A DNA stretch of 34,461 bases, taken from sequence record DRR723986_8736; one strand, written 5' to 3'. Each line of letters opens with the position of its first letter. The first letter of the stretch is position 1. The position numbers and the translations under genes are program-made. Positions 17,323 through 27,149 of the stretch are shown piece after piece. The notes beneath the pieces are model-generated. The model searched no databases, was not told where the DNA came from, and saw only the letters and a list, made by a program, of their open reading frames with translations.

Positions 17323-18249
17323 ATGAAACCAGTCACTGTGGTTGGCTCTGGAATAGTGGGTTTAACCTCTGCTATTTCACTTCAGGAAGCAGGTTTTCAG
17401 GTTCGGCTTGTCGCCAAAGAGCGATTTGAGAAAACTCTTTCCAGCAAAGTCGGTGCAATCTGGTTTCCTTTTGAAATCCATCCCAAAGAAAAGACAAACC
17501 ATTGGGCGACTTTAGCCTATGAGCGCTATGAAAGTGAAATCAAGGAAGGAAATGGAGTAGCTTTTATTCCTTTTCTCACAGCTTACACCCCAGAAAGTAA
17601 TATTGACTGGACAAGGCAACTCCCAGCCGGGAAAGTCCGAAAAGCAAGACCTGAGGAATTGCCAAAAGGAATGCAAATGGCATTTATTACTGAAGTCCCT
17701 TTGGCAGAACCCCAACTTTATTTGCCACATCTTTTCGAGCGTTTCATTGCCAATGGAGGTTCTTTTGAAAATCGGGAAATTACTTCGTTGGAGGAAATGG
17801 CTGGTCTGGATGCCTTGGTGATCAACTGCACGGGTTTGGGAGCAAAATCACTCTGTAATGATAAAGATCTGCATCCCATGCGAGGACAAATCCTTCGATG
17901 TAAGAATATGAATGTTCCTTCCTTTGCCAATCCCACCAAAAGAGGCGCACTCAGCTATGTCATTAATAGATCTGAGGATTCTGTAATTGGCGGAACAGAT
18001 TATGAGAATGATTGGAATGAGACAACCGATCCTGCAGATACCGATTTGATCTTACATAGACTAACAGAATCAGGTATTTCCCAGAGTCCGGAGATACTAG
18101 AAGTTATTGTAGGCTTACGCCCAAGAAGAAGCGCTGTTCGCTTTGAGTTTGACTCTCACTGCGCTAATGTATTTCACAATTATGGTCATGGTGGTGCTGG
18201 CTTTACTGTAGCTTGGGGATGTGCACTTGAGCTTGCCGGGATTCTTTAA
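17323..18249 (+). CDS. D-amino acid oxidase family FAD oxidoreductase
   Basis: VVGSGIVGLTSA Rossmann motif, VINCTGLGA, PMRGQI, GLRPRR, and the DAO signature HNYGHGGAGFTVAWGCA. Confidence 0.9.
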   Translation: MKPVTVVGSGIVGLTSAISLQEAGFQVRLVAKERFEKTLSSKVGAIWFPFEIHPKEKTNHWATLAYERYESEIKEGNGVAFIPFLTAYTPESNIDWTRQLPAGKVRKARPEELPKGMQMAFITEVPLAEPQLYLPHLFERFIANGGSFENREITSLEEMAGLDALVINCTGLGAKSLCNDKDLHPMRGQILRCKNMNVPSFANPTKRGALSYVINRSEDSVIGGTDYENDWNETTDPADTDLILHRLTESGISQSPEILEVIVGLRPRRSAVRFEFDSHCANVFHNYGHGGAGFTVAWGCALELAGIL

Positions 18250-18393
18250 GGGAGCAACTAATCTCACTTCTCTGGATTACTTTTCCTAGCTATTCTACAT
18301 CGCTATACCTTCCCTTCACATAAGCCATAGAAATTCAAATTTGTATATTATAGCCAACTTTGAATCCTAAGATGTAATTCTAATAACTTCTCC

Positions 18394-19923
18394 ATGAAAT
18401 GGAACACAGTCATTCTTTTACTAATTTTTAAAGGCTCTCTCAGTTTCGGGCAAACTTCATTGGATGAAATTGATTTGGAAAATGGAGCCTTTAGGGTGGG
18501 ATTCCGGCACTATGTTACCGCTGACAGGACTCGAACTTACAACAGAATTTACGATTGGAATAACAGAAGTATCCCTAGGCCGATCCCTGTAAGCATTTGG
18601 TATCCTTCCACAGATCATCCTACCGAAACCGAAGCGTTGACAGTTTTAGATTACATGCAACTTCTAAAGGAAGAAGAGGAATGGGAATACCTCCCAGATG
18701 AGCAAATCCTAAACTGGTTTTACTATCCCAACACTCCTGAAAATCGAGCTCACCTCCAAGAAGTTACTACTGCCCATTCTGTCTTATCCTCAGCAAATGG
18801 AGCTTTCCCTGTGCTAATCTACGCGCCAAGCTATCAGGCATCTTCAATTGAGAATTTTGCGCTTTGCGAATATTTGGCAAGCCATGGTTATATCGTGATT
18901 TCTAGTCCAAGTCGGGGAGCAGAGAATAGATTTTTAGATGGTGGGACGGGGAAAGATATGGAAGCGCAAGCACGGGATATCGAGTTTCTACTTGCTGAAG
19001 TAGCAAAAGTTCCCGCTGCGAATCTCGACCAAATTGCCACTATAGGGTTTAGCTATGGAGGCTTGTCCAATGTACTTGCTCAAATGAGAAATGAGCAAAT
19101 CAAGGCTATAGTAAGCCTAGATGGCAGCATCAAGTATCAATATGAAACCTTAAAGCAATCGCCATTTTTCAATCTGGAGAACGTGGATGTTCCCTTTATT
19201 CATTTTGCCCAGAAAAACATACCTGATGAAGTTTTACTGGCTGAAAAAATAGATTCAAGCTTAAATAACACGTTTGAATTTTATGATGATCTGATTAAAA
19301 GCAATGCCTATAGTCTGAAATTCCACAACCTCTCACATTCCTATTTTAGCACCTTAGGGGTCTTATTTCAACCTCGAGATAAGAGGCAAGACAAAAGTGA
19401 TCCCGAAATCATGGAATCCTACAAATGGGTTTCCCATTACACTTTACGGTTTTTAGACGCCTATTTAAAGGGTGATGATCAAGCTATGAAATTCATAAAT
19501 AACACGCCTTCTGAAAATAATATACAAGAAGAGTTAGTAAGCTATAGATCCAAGCAAGCGGAGCGGCAAGCTCTCTCTTTTCAGGATTTCAATGAATTAG
19601 CTGCAGCCAAGAATTATCAAAATCTGATTGACTTGTACCAATTAACCTTGAATGATTATCCTGAATTGAAATTACCGGAAGGAAACCTAAACAATCTAGG
19701 ACTACAGCTTCTATTCAACCCTGAGACATCGAGAAAAGGAATAAATATTATCCTATTAGCAACTTATTTGTATCCAGAATCTGCCAACCTTTTTGACAGT
19801 TTAGGTGAAGCCTATTTGTTTGTTGGGGAAAATGAAAAGGCAATTGAAAATTTTGAAAAATCCCTTGAATTATATCCTGAAAATCAAAATGCGAGAGACC
19901 GATTAAAACAACTTCGGAATTGA
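18394..19923 (+). CDS. Secreted alpha/beta hydrolase (dienelactone/PAF-AH-like) with C-terminal TPR
   Basis: PVSIWYP, YLASHGYIV, nucleophile elbow GFSYGG, VSLDG; TPR ANLFDSLGEAY...AIENFEKSLELYPEN. Confidence 0.82.
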   Translation: MKWNTVILLLIFKGSLSFGQTSLDEIDLENGAFRVGFRHYVTADRTRTYNRIYDWNNRSIPRPIPVSIWYPSTDHPTETEALTVLDYMQLLKEEEEWEYLPDEQILNWFYYPNTPENRAHLQEVTTAHSVLSSANGAFPVLIYAPSYQASSIENFALCEYLASHGYIVISSPSRGAENRFLDGGTGKDMEAQARDIEFLLAEVAKVPAANLDQIATIGFSYGGLSNVLAQMRNEQIKAIVSLDGSIKYQYETLKQSPFFNLENVDVPFIHFAQKNIPDEVLLAEKIDSSLNNTFEFYDDLIKSNAYSLKFHNLSHSYFSTLGVLFQPRDKRQDKSDPEIMESYKWVSHYTLRFLDAYLKGDDQAMKFINNTPSENNIQEELVSYRSKQAERQALSFQDFNELAAAKNYQNLIDLYQLTLNDYPELKLPEGNLNNLGLQLLFNPETSRKGINIILLATYLYPESANLFDSLGEAYLFVGENEKAIENFEKSLELYPENQNARDRLKQLRN

Positions 19924-20063
19924 AGCTGCTACTATCACAAAACCCCTAATGTTGTGACCATTTAACAAAACGTAGGCTGCTCTTTTATAATAACCATGCC
20001 TATTATTGGCAAAAAGAGACAATCTTTACGCTATTCTATATTTCAGAATTAAGCTTTTACCCC

Positions 20064-21362
20064 ATGAAAAAAACACTCTTTGCTGTCCTCATTATTTGTA
20101 TAGGTCTTAATTCCTGTACGCCGAAAATCGGCTCTATCATTTCAGTATCAGAAGTAGCACGCGTAGAAAAAATTCTTTCTTCGGATGAGATGGAAGGAAG
20201 AGGGATTTATTCCCCTGGACTGGAAAAGGCTGCGAATTTCATAGCATCCGAGTTTGAAGCAAGCGGTTTAGGGTATTTTGGTGATAATAATTCCTATCTG
20301 CAGAGTTTCGAAATGCTTCTGGCTACTCCTGTCGAAGTGAGTGGGGCCCTTGACAAAGAAGCTTTGAGTCCTAGCAATTTGGTAGTTAATAGTACGTCTG
20401 CAACTATAGAAATCAACTCCCTGTCAGACATAGAAGTGGTCAAAGTACCAAAAGATGCCGATTTCAATCAGTTGGTATTTCCTGTCTTGAGAGGTGAAAA
20501 GAACGCCTTGGTCCTAATAGATCCTTCACATTCCAGTAACTACGCTCGATTAGGAAGAATAGCAGGCAGGGCAAAATTCCCTAGTGCACATTCCCAGGTT
20601 TTCGTGATGACAGAAACACTTGAGCCAAGTTCTGTAACACTTAAGATCACCAATAACATTACTGAGCAGGAGCTTAAGAACGTCGTCGGTGTGATACCTG
20701 GCAAATCTTTAAAGGATGAATACGTTGTCTTTGGAGCACATTACGATCACCTTGGAATAGGAAGGCCGGACGCAAATCAGGACAGTATTTACAACGGGGC
20801 AAATGACGATGCGGCAGGAACTACAGCTGTTATGATGCTAGGGAAATACTTCAATAAAATTAAAGACAATGAGCGAACCTTAATTTTTGTAGCCTTCACG
20901 GCAGAAGAGTCTGGTGGATTTGGAAGTACTTACTTCAGCCAGCAGCTTGATCCAGATAAAGTTGTCGCTATGTTCAATATCGAGATGATTGGCACCGACA
21001 GTAAGTGGGGACCAAATTCTGCTTACATCACTGGTTTTGAAAAGAGTTCTATGGGCGAGATACTTCAGAAGAATCTGGAAGGTTCTAAATTCCATTTCGA
21101 ACCAGATCCCTACCCTAAGCAAAACTTATTTTACAGATCTGATAACAGAACCTTAGCTGCTTTAGGTGTTCCAGCACATACGATCTCCACTTCCAAAATG
21201 GAAGAAGCACCAAACAATGAGCCTAATTACCACAAGGCAAGTGATGAGTTCGAGACGCTGGATATGGAAAATATGACCGAGGTAATTAAAGCCATTGCGC
21301 TGAGCAGTCAAAGCATTATCAGCGGAGAAGACACGCCTACGAGAGTAGAGAAGCTGGATTAA
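20064..21362 (+). CDS. M28-family metallopeptidase, lipoprotein
   Basis: Lipobox LNSC; GAHYDH, GANDDAAG, FTAEESG, NIEMIG, YHKASD. Confidence 0.92.
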   Translation: MKKTLFAVLIICIGLNSCTPKIGSIISVSEVARVEKILSSDEMEGRGIYSPGLEKAANFIASEFEASGLGYFGDNNSYLQSFEMLLATPVEVSGALDKEALSPSNLVVNSTSATIEINSLSDIEVVKVPKDADFNQLVFPVLRGEKNALVLIDPSHSSNYARLGRIAGRAKFPSAHSQVFVMTETLEPSSVTLKITNNITEQELKNVVGVIPGKSLKDEYVVFGAHYDHLGIGRPDANQDSIYNGANDDAAGTTAVMMLGKYFNKIKDNERTLIFVAFTAEESGGFGSTYFSQQLDPDKVVAMFNIEMIGTDSKWGPNSAYITGFEKSSMGEILQKNLEGSKFHFEPDPYPKQNLFYRSDNRTLAALGVPAHTISTSKMEEAPNNEPNYHKASDEFETLDMENMTEVIKAIALSSQSIISGEDTPTRVEKLD

Positions 21363-21420
21363 ATTTACTCCTCAATACCGAAAGTCAAGTGAAATAGCAA
21401 TTCAATACCTATTCAAAAAG

Positions 21421-21455
21421 AAACCCTGTCGGAACAATCTCTGACAGGGTTTTTT
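21421..21455. terminator. Probably bidirectional intrinsic terminator
   Basis: AAACCCTGTCGGA/TCTGACAGGGTTT stem flanked by A- and T-runs between convergent genes. Confidence 0.8.
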
Positions 21456-21475
21456 ATTAGCTGATAATTAGAAAT

Positions 21476-22819
21476 CTAGACTTTAGCAGGTACCTCAAAA
21501 CCAGGTCTGTACTCACGGGTCAGCATCGCATCGGCTTCAGGATCGTTGACAAACTTCTCGGATTTAGGATCAAAGTCCAACACTCTTCCCAGTCTGTAAG
21601 AAATATTCCCTAAGTGTGCCAAGCCAGAAGATAAGTGAGCGGTTTCCACCGGTCCATTTAGGATAGATTTATCATGCTTGCGAACAGCCTCAATGAAGTT
21701 GGCAAAGTGAACATCAGTTCCTCCTGCTCCTCTATCCATTCCGGACGCAGCAGCTCCCCCATCATCTCCAGACTTGCCTGGCGTGCGATCATTGCCTAAG
21801 AAGGTTTTGTACTTATCATAGCCATCTACGACCAAATAGCCTTTGTCCCCGTAGAATATATTACCTACGGTGGCTCCGTCCTCAGCATTGGTGTACCAAG
21901 GGCGAACTTCAAACTGGATAATTTTATCCTCATCAGGATAGTTATAGATAGAAGTCAAAACTTCCGGAGTTTCCTTACTGTCCTTCCACAGGTATTTGCC
22001 TCCCATAGAGGTGATCTTCGTAGGAAAACCTACATCAAGCCCCCACATGCATAGGTCTGTTTCGTGGATACCCTGGTTGCCTACATCTCCATTTCCATAA
22101 TCAAAATGCCAGTGCCAATTGTAATGCACCAGATCATGCGTAAAAGGAGCCTTTGGTGCCGGGCCAGTCCATAAGTCATAATCCAATCCAGCTGGTACAG
22201 GAGAAGGTCCTTTAATTCCTATATCTCCACGCATTCTAAACACTAGACCCCGAGCCATATACACTCGACCAATGTAGCCATCACGCATCAACTGAATGGC
22301 TTCCTGCACAGCCGGAGAGCTTCGTAGCTGAACTCCATGTTGCACGATTCGGTCATATTTTTCGGCCGCTTCTATCATTCTACGTCCTTCTGAGATATTA
22401 TGCGAGCCTGGTTTCTCTACATAAACGTCTTTGCCTGCTTGACATGCCCAAATAGTAGCCAAAGCATGCCAGTGATTAGGTGTGGCCAAGCTGACTACAT
22501 CGATATCCTTATTGTCAAAAACCTTTCTCAGGTCTTGTTCAATTGCTACATCCTTACTGTATTTTTCCTTGAACGCTTTCTGAGCAGGAGTCAGAAGGTT
22601 CATATCTGGATCACACAGGGTGGTGACTTCCACATCTTTTTGAGCCATAAAGCCTTGGATGTGGCTTTTGCCTCTGCCATTGATTCCCAGTACTGCAGCA
22701 TTTATTCTGTCATTCGCGCCAAAAGCTGATGCCGGGATAATGGTAGGTAATACCATTGCTGCTGTCCCCGCGATTGCAGATTTTTTGATGAAAGTTCTTC
22801 TAGATGATTCTTTACTCAT
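21476..22819 (-). CDS. Tat-exported Gfo/Idh/MocA oxidoreductase
   Basis: SRRTFIKK Tat motif; GINGRG, ATPNHWH, KDVYVEKP, DYDLWTGPAP. Confidence 0.92.
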   Translation of the reverse strand: MSKESSRRTFIKKSAIAGTAAMVLPTIIPASAFGANDRINAAVLGINGRGKSHIQGFMAQKDVEVTTLCDPDMNLLTPAQKAFKEKYSKDVAIEQDLRKVFDNKDIDVVSLATPNHWHALATIWACQAGKDVYVEKPGSHNISEGRRMIEAAEKYDRIVQHGVQLRSSPAVQEAIQLMRDGYIGRVYMARGLVFRMRGDIGIKGPSPVPAGLDYDLWTGPAPKAPFTHDLVHYNWHWHFDYGNGDVGNQGIHETDLCMWGLDVGFPTKITSMGGKYLWKDSKETPEVLTSIYNYPDEDKIIQFEVRPWYTNAEDGATVGNIFYGDKGYLVVDGYDKYKTFLGNDRTPGKSGDDGGAAASGMDRGAGGTDVHFANFIEAVRKHDKSILNGPVETAHLSSGLAHLGNISYRLGRVLDFDPKSEKFVNDPEADAMLTREYRPGFEVPAKV

Positions 22820-23295
22820 TGTATTCGGTTTTTAAGGTTTATTATTTGACTCAATATATTGAAAAAATAAGTGAAGCAATCATAAACTTACACGCATGGA
22901 CAATTCAATGCAAAAATCCATTCATGAATTTAGGTTTTACAAAAGTTTCTATTGTTTTTACCTCGACTCATCTTTAAATCAGACTAGTAGTTGCCACTAT
23001 TGCACGAGCTATTTATAAAATCGGAAAGTGGAAAGTACCCCTTTAGTATTTCAAGGAGCTAGCATTTATATACAAACCCTTCTCTGCCAAAATAAAAACA
23101 CGATGAATTCCCGCAAAACAACTTTTAATACGTTCACTGAAAATCCATATGCAATGGGGTCTCAGCATCTTAAGAGGAGAAAAAATGAGTTGCAAAAGTC
23201 TGGCAAATCTACATTCTAAAAAGACCAAGTCATTCAAAACCAATTATTTTGCGTAATAAGAACAAAGCAAGCTATAACCATAGACCTAACTTAGT

Positions 23296-24468
23296 ATGAA
23301 AACCTATCTGAACACCTTTTTAATATTAGTCCTATCGTATACTACTGCCTGTTCTCAGGAAAGTCAATCAAGCGGCCCTAGCTCCGAAGCTAAGCTGACG
23401 GTACAAGAAGCCTTCCCTGCTCTGACTTTCACCAGGCCGGTAGATTTCCAGCATGCGGGAGACAATTCGAATAGACTATTTGTGGTGGAACAGAGAGGAG
23501 TTATTTCTGTTTTCGAAAATGATGCAGCAGCTTCTAGTAAATCGGAATTTCTAAACATTGAGAGTCGTGTGGACGACTCTGGAAATGAGGAAGGCCTTCT
23601 AGGCTTGGCATTTCACCCAAATTTCAAAAGCAATGGCTATTTCTACGTAAATTATACTGCAGAAAACCCAAACCGCACAGTGATCTCCAGATTTACAGTT
23701 TCACCCTCAAACCCAAATCAGGCAGATGCTTCCAGTGAATTCGTATTGCTAGAATACGCTCAGCCCTACTCTAATCACAATGGAGGTCAGATATCATTTG
23801 GACCAGATGGCTACTTATATATAGCTGCTGGTGATGGAGGAAGTGGTGGAGATCCCCAAGGAAATGGACAGAATCTAACAACGCTGCTGGGTAGTATTCT
23901 GAGAATAGATGTGAATCAAACAAACGGATCTAGCAATTACTCTATCGCTGCTGACAATCCATTCGCAAATAATACTGAGGGATTCCGGCAAGAAATTTAT
24001 GCATATGGTCTTAGAAATCCTTGGAGATTTAGCTTTGACTCAGCTACTGGTCAGCTTTGGGTAGGTGACGTAGGGCAGAACAAATACGAGGAAATTGATA
24101 TAGTCAAAAAAGGTGGGAATTACGGTTGGAATACCATGGAAGGTGTGCATTGCTTCAAACCTTCAGATTGTGATAGGGCTGGACTCGAGTTGCCGGTTTG
24201 GGAATATGATCACAGCAAGGGAGATATTTCCATCACAGGTGGCTTTGTGTACCATGGTTCATCTATCAAGGAATTGGAAGGATTGTATGTATATGCTGAT
24301 TATGTTTCCGGTAGAATTTGGAGTTTGGATGTCAGCGTTCCTTCCAGCCCAGTCAACACCGAGTTGCTCAATGCTGACTTCCCTATTTCCGCTTTTGGAG
24401 TAGACCAGAATGAGGAGTTGTATATCTGCGGATTTGATGATAAGATATACAAACTAGCTTACGAGTAA
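23296..24468 (+). CDS. PQQ-dependent glucose/sorbosone dehydrogenase family lipoprotein
   Basis: Lipobox TTAC; EEGLLGLAFHP, NHNGGQISFGPDGYLYI, AYGLRNPWRFSFD, GGNYGW. Confidence 0.92.
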   Translation: MKTYLNTFLILVLSYTTACSQESQSSGPSSEAKLTVQEAFPALTFTRPVDFQHAGDNSNRLFVVEQRGVISVFENDAAASSKSEFLNIESRVDDSGNEEGLLGLAFHPNFKSNGYFYVNYTAENPNRTVISRFTVSPSNPNQADASSEFVLLEYAQPYSNHNGGQISFGPDGYLYIAAGDGGSGGDPQGNGQNLTTLLGSILRIDVNQTNGSSNYSIAADNPFANNTEGFRQEIYAYGLRNPWRFSFDSATGQLWVGDVGQNKYEEIDIVKKGGNYGWNTMEGVHCFKPSDCDRAGLELPVWEYDHSKGDISITGGFVYHGSSIKELEGLYVYADYVSGRIWSLDVSVPSSPVNTELLNADFPISAFGVDQNEELYICGFDDKIYKLAYE

Positions 24469-24635
24469 AAACTGCTTATATTAAGATAAGTTACAGCAAT
24501 AACAGCCCAAGAAATAACCATCACTTGAGATAGGCTTCACTTTTCGCTAAATGAAAATCCAGCCTATTCATTTCACCTGTTCCTCTAAAAAAGGCACAGA
24601 AAGACAATTTATTCTGGTTATTAATAATTTGATTT

Positions 24636-25430
24636 ATGCACTTACGCACTAGCTGTAGTCTAAAGTTTGAGATTGCTGAGCCTACCCCATTCATACTGAT
24701 GCTCAGACCACGAAGCGGAAGTCAACAATGGGTAGAAAAGGAGGAATTTAAATTAACTCCAAGTATCCCTGTTTTTGAATTTACAGATGGGTATGGTAAC
24801 CTTTGTCAACGTTTGATTGCGCCTCCAGGCATGTTCGCAATAGACACCTCCGCTGAGGTAATTACTTCTGATTACATAGACCAGGGATTTGATGCTCCTT
24901 TTGTAGAAATCCAAAGTTTACCTGACTCCGTTTTAAGCTATTTATTACCCAGTCGATACTGTGAGTCAGATTTTTTCAATGAGATGAGCATGGAAATCAC
25001 CCAAGGTCAATTATTGGGGTACAATCAAGTAGCGGCAATTACAAACTGGCTTCGGGACAACATCAGCTATATTCCTGGAAGCAATAATCAGCCCCTATCT
25101 GCCATTCAGGTAAATAATAGAAAGTTTGGCGTATGCACAGACCTAGCACATTTGGGAATTGCGTTATGCAGAAGTTTGAGTATACCCGCACGGATTGTAG
25201 TTGGCTATCTACACAATTTGAAACCAATGGATATGCATGCTTGGTTTGAGGCATTTATTGGTAACCGTTGGTACACCTTTGATGCAACGCAAGTTGGTAA
25301 TACTGGAGGTTATGTAGTTCTTGGGTTAGGCCGTGATGCTGCCGATGTTGCCATTTTCAATCAATTTGGCACTCCCGTTTATCCGATTGAACAGCTAGTG
25401 AAAGTGGAATTACTTAAAATGAGTTTTTAA
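24636..25430 (+). CDS. Transglutaminase-like family protein
   Basis: Cys-His-Asp triad motifs GVCTDLAH, MHAWFE and FDAT; YLLPSRYCESD; GRDAADV. Confidence 0.9.
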   Translation: MHLRTSCSLKFEIAEPTPFILMLRPRSGSQQWVEKEEFKLTPSIPVFEFTDGYGNLCQRLIAPPGMFAIDTSAEVITSDYIDQGFDAPFVEIQSLPDSVLSYLLPSRYCESDFFNEMSMEITQGQLLGYNQVAAITNWLRDNISYIPGSNNQPLSAIQVNNRKFGVCTDLAHLGIALCRSLSIPARIVVGYLHNLKPMDMHAWFEAFIGNRWYTFDATQVGNTGGYVVLGLGRDAADVAIFNQFGTPVYPIEQLVKVELLKMSF

Positions 25431-25486
25431 TTTCCACCCCATTGGGGCTAGATAATTTCAAATCAGAAATTTGAAATTTGAAATGC

Positions 25487-26050
25487 CTAACCCTCAATCT
25501 CCTCCACCAACTCCGCATACCAAGCCTCCCCGTATTTGCGGGTAAGCGCGTCTTTTAGGAATTTGTAAATCGGAACTTTCAAGGAGGATCCTAACTGACA
25601 AGCTGGATCGCAGATATGCCAACGATCGTAATTCAAGGCATCGAACTGATCGTATTTTGTAATACGAATTGGGTACATGTGACAGCTGATCGGTTTCTTC
25701 CACGTGATTTTACCATCAAGGTATGCTTGCTCTATTCCGCATTTTAAAATACCTCTATCATCGTATAAGGCATAGGCACATTCCCTATTATCACCTATGG
25801 TAGGAGTTCCTTTGTCACCGTCCTTATCAATTACCCAAGTACCTTGCTTTGCAATCGCCTGACGACCTTCCTCAGTGATGTAATCTTTGACAATTGGGTA
25901 AATGTCCTCGATGATTTTAGTTTCCTCATCTTCCAAAGGAGCGCCTGCATCACCTTCCACGCAGCAAGCACCCTTGCATGCTTCTAGGTCACAGACAAAA
26001 AAATTCTCCTTAATATCGTCCGAAAGTACGGTGTCCCCTACTATAATCAT
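25487..26050 (-). CDS. DUF3109-family Cys-rich protein
   Basis: [38 protein letters not shown]. Confidence 0.85.
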   Translation of the reverse strand: MIIVGDTVLSDDIKENFFVCDLEACKGACCVEGDAGAPLEDEETKIIEDIYPIVKDYITEEGRQAIAKQGTWVIDKDGDKGTPTIGDNRECAYALYDDRGILKCGIEQAYLDGKITWKKPISCHMYPIRITKYDQFDALNYDRWHICDPACQLGSSLKVPIYKFLKDALTRKYGEAWYAELVEEIEG

Positions 26051-26069
26051 GGTCTTATTTGTTAGCTCG

Positions 26070-26077
26070 CAAAGGTA
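26070..26077 (-). promoter_or_regulatory. Bacteroidota sigma-A -7 promoter element
   Basis: TACCTTTG on the minus strand matches TAnnTTTG, ~20 nt upstream of the ATG at 26050. Confidence 0.6.
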
Positions 26078-26089
26078 AGCAATCGAATG

Positions 26090-26569
26090 CTAGGCTTTCG
26101 GCTTTACAAAGTCTTTTCTTCGCACATAAACCCCTTTCTGCAATTTGGCAATGAGATTACCTGCCTTATCCTTTACCTCACAGGGAAATTCGAACACTCC
26201 TTTTCCATCCCGATCCACAGCATCTTTTATCTCGGAAATCTGATCCGGCGAAAGCGTGAATTCTGCATAAACAGTTCCTTTTCCGGGTTTCACAAAATCA
26301 ATATGTGCCGTCTTATCCCATACGATATATTCATCACTGAGCTGGGTGATAAGGATGAACATGAAAAATGGATCGCACATGGAATAAAGAGATCCTCCAA
26401 AGGCAGTTCCAATCAAATTTCTATTGTACCAAGTGAGTTTGAGTCGAGTACGGAAACTGGAAAAATCATCCGCGTAGTCAATCACTTTAATCCCTGAAAA
26501 GAAATACGGTGGATACCAATTGATCAATCGAATCAATCTTCTGAATTTTCTTTGGTTATTTTTATTCAT
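26090..26569 (-). CDS. DUF4442 / hotdog-fold thioesterase-like protein
   Basis: NWYPPY, NRNLIGTAFGGSLYSMCDPF, YIVWDKTAHIDFVKPG. Confidence 0.85.
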   Translation of the reverse strand: MNKNNQRKFRRLIRLINWYPPYFFSGIKVIDYADDFSSFRTRLKLTWYNRNLIGTAFGGSLYSMCDPFFMFILITQLSDEYIVWDKTAHIDFVKPGKGTVYAEFTLSPDQISEIKDAVDRDGKGVFEFPCEVKDKAGNLIAKLQKGVYVRRKDFVKPKA

Positions 26570-26726
26570 TTGGAAATAGATTTATGGTTTAGATAAACCT
26601 AGAGGCTTAAATGTCCAGCAAACTATTCACAATATAAGTTCCAGATAACTAACCTCCTTCCTCCTACTTCCTAACCACCTACACATTTTCCTAAACCGAT
26701 AGCAAGAAATTACCGTACTTTGCATG

Positions 26727-27127
26727 GTGCAAGTCGTCTTGTCGCTGTCTCATGGTAATAGTGAGGAGGAGGAAAGTCCGGGCAACATAGAGCGCCATAC
26801 TTCCTAACGGGAAGGGGGCTGACTGGTGACGGTCAGTTTACAGCTAGTGCAACAGAGAATATACCGCCCTGAGCTTGTCGAAGGGTAAGGGTGAAAAGGT
26901 GGGGTAAGAGCCCACCGCTCTGGCAGTAATGTCAGGGGCACGGCAAACCTTATGGGTTGAAAGATCAAATAGGTTCCGCGTCGGATTCAGTTCCGAGAAA
27001 AGTTGCTCGCTTTTATGCGGAATGGGTAGATCGATGGACCCCGATTGTGAAGTCGGGGCTAGATAAATGACAAGAAACTGATTCTGGAAACAGATGAGGA
27101 AACAGAACCCGGCTTATAGACTTGCAC
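26727..27127 (+). ncRNA. rnpB: RNase P RNA, bacterial type A
   Basis: GAGGAAAGTCCGGGC, AGTGCAACAGA, GGGTGAAAAGGTGGGGTAAGAGCCCACC, GGCAAACC, AGATAAAT and AACAGAACCCGGCTTAT; P1 formed by GTGCAAGTC (26727-35) and GACTTGCAC (27119-27). Confidence 0.97.
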
Positions 27128-27149
27128 TTTTTTATTTTATATTTAAACT

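Noticed and set aside
23028-23243. Two overlapping 63-66 aa ORFs in the divergent gap
   Set aside because: Non-ATG starts, mutual antisense overlap and no signal peptide or motif; likely non-coding.
26716-26723. TACTTTGC as the rnpB promoter
   Set aside because: Position is plausible but it is one base short of TAnnTTTG, so it is not listed as a feature.
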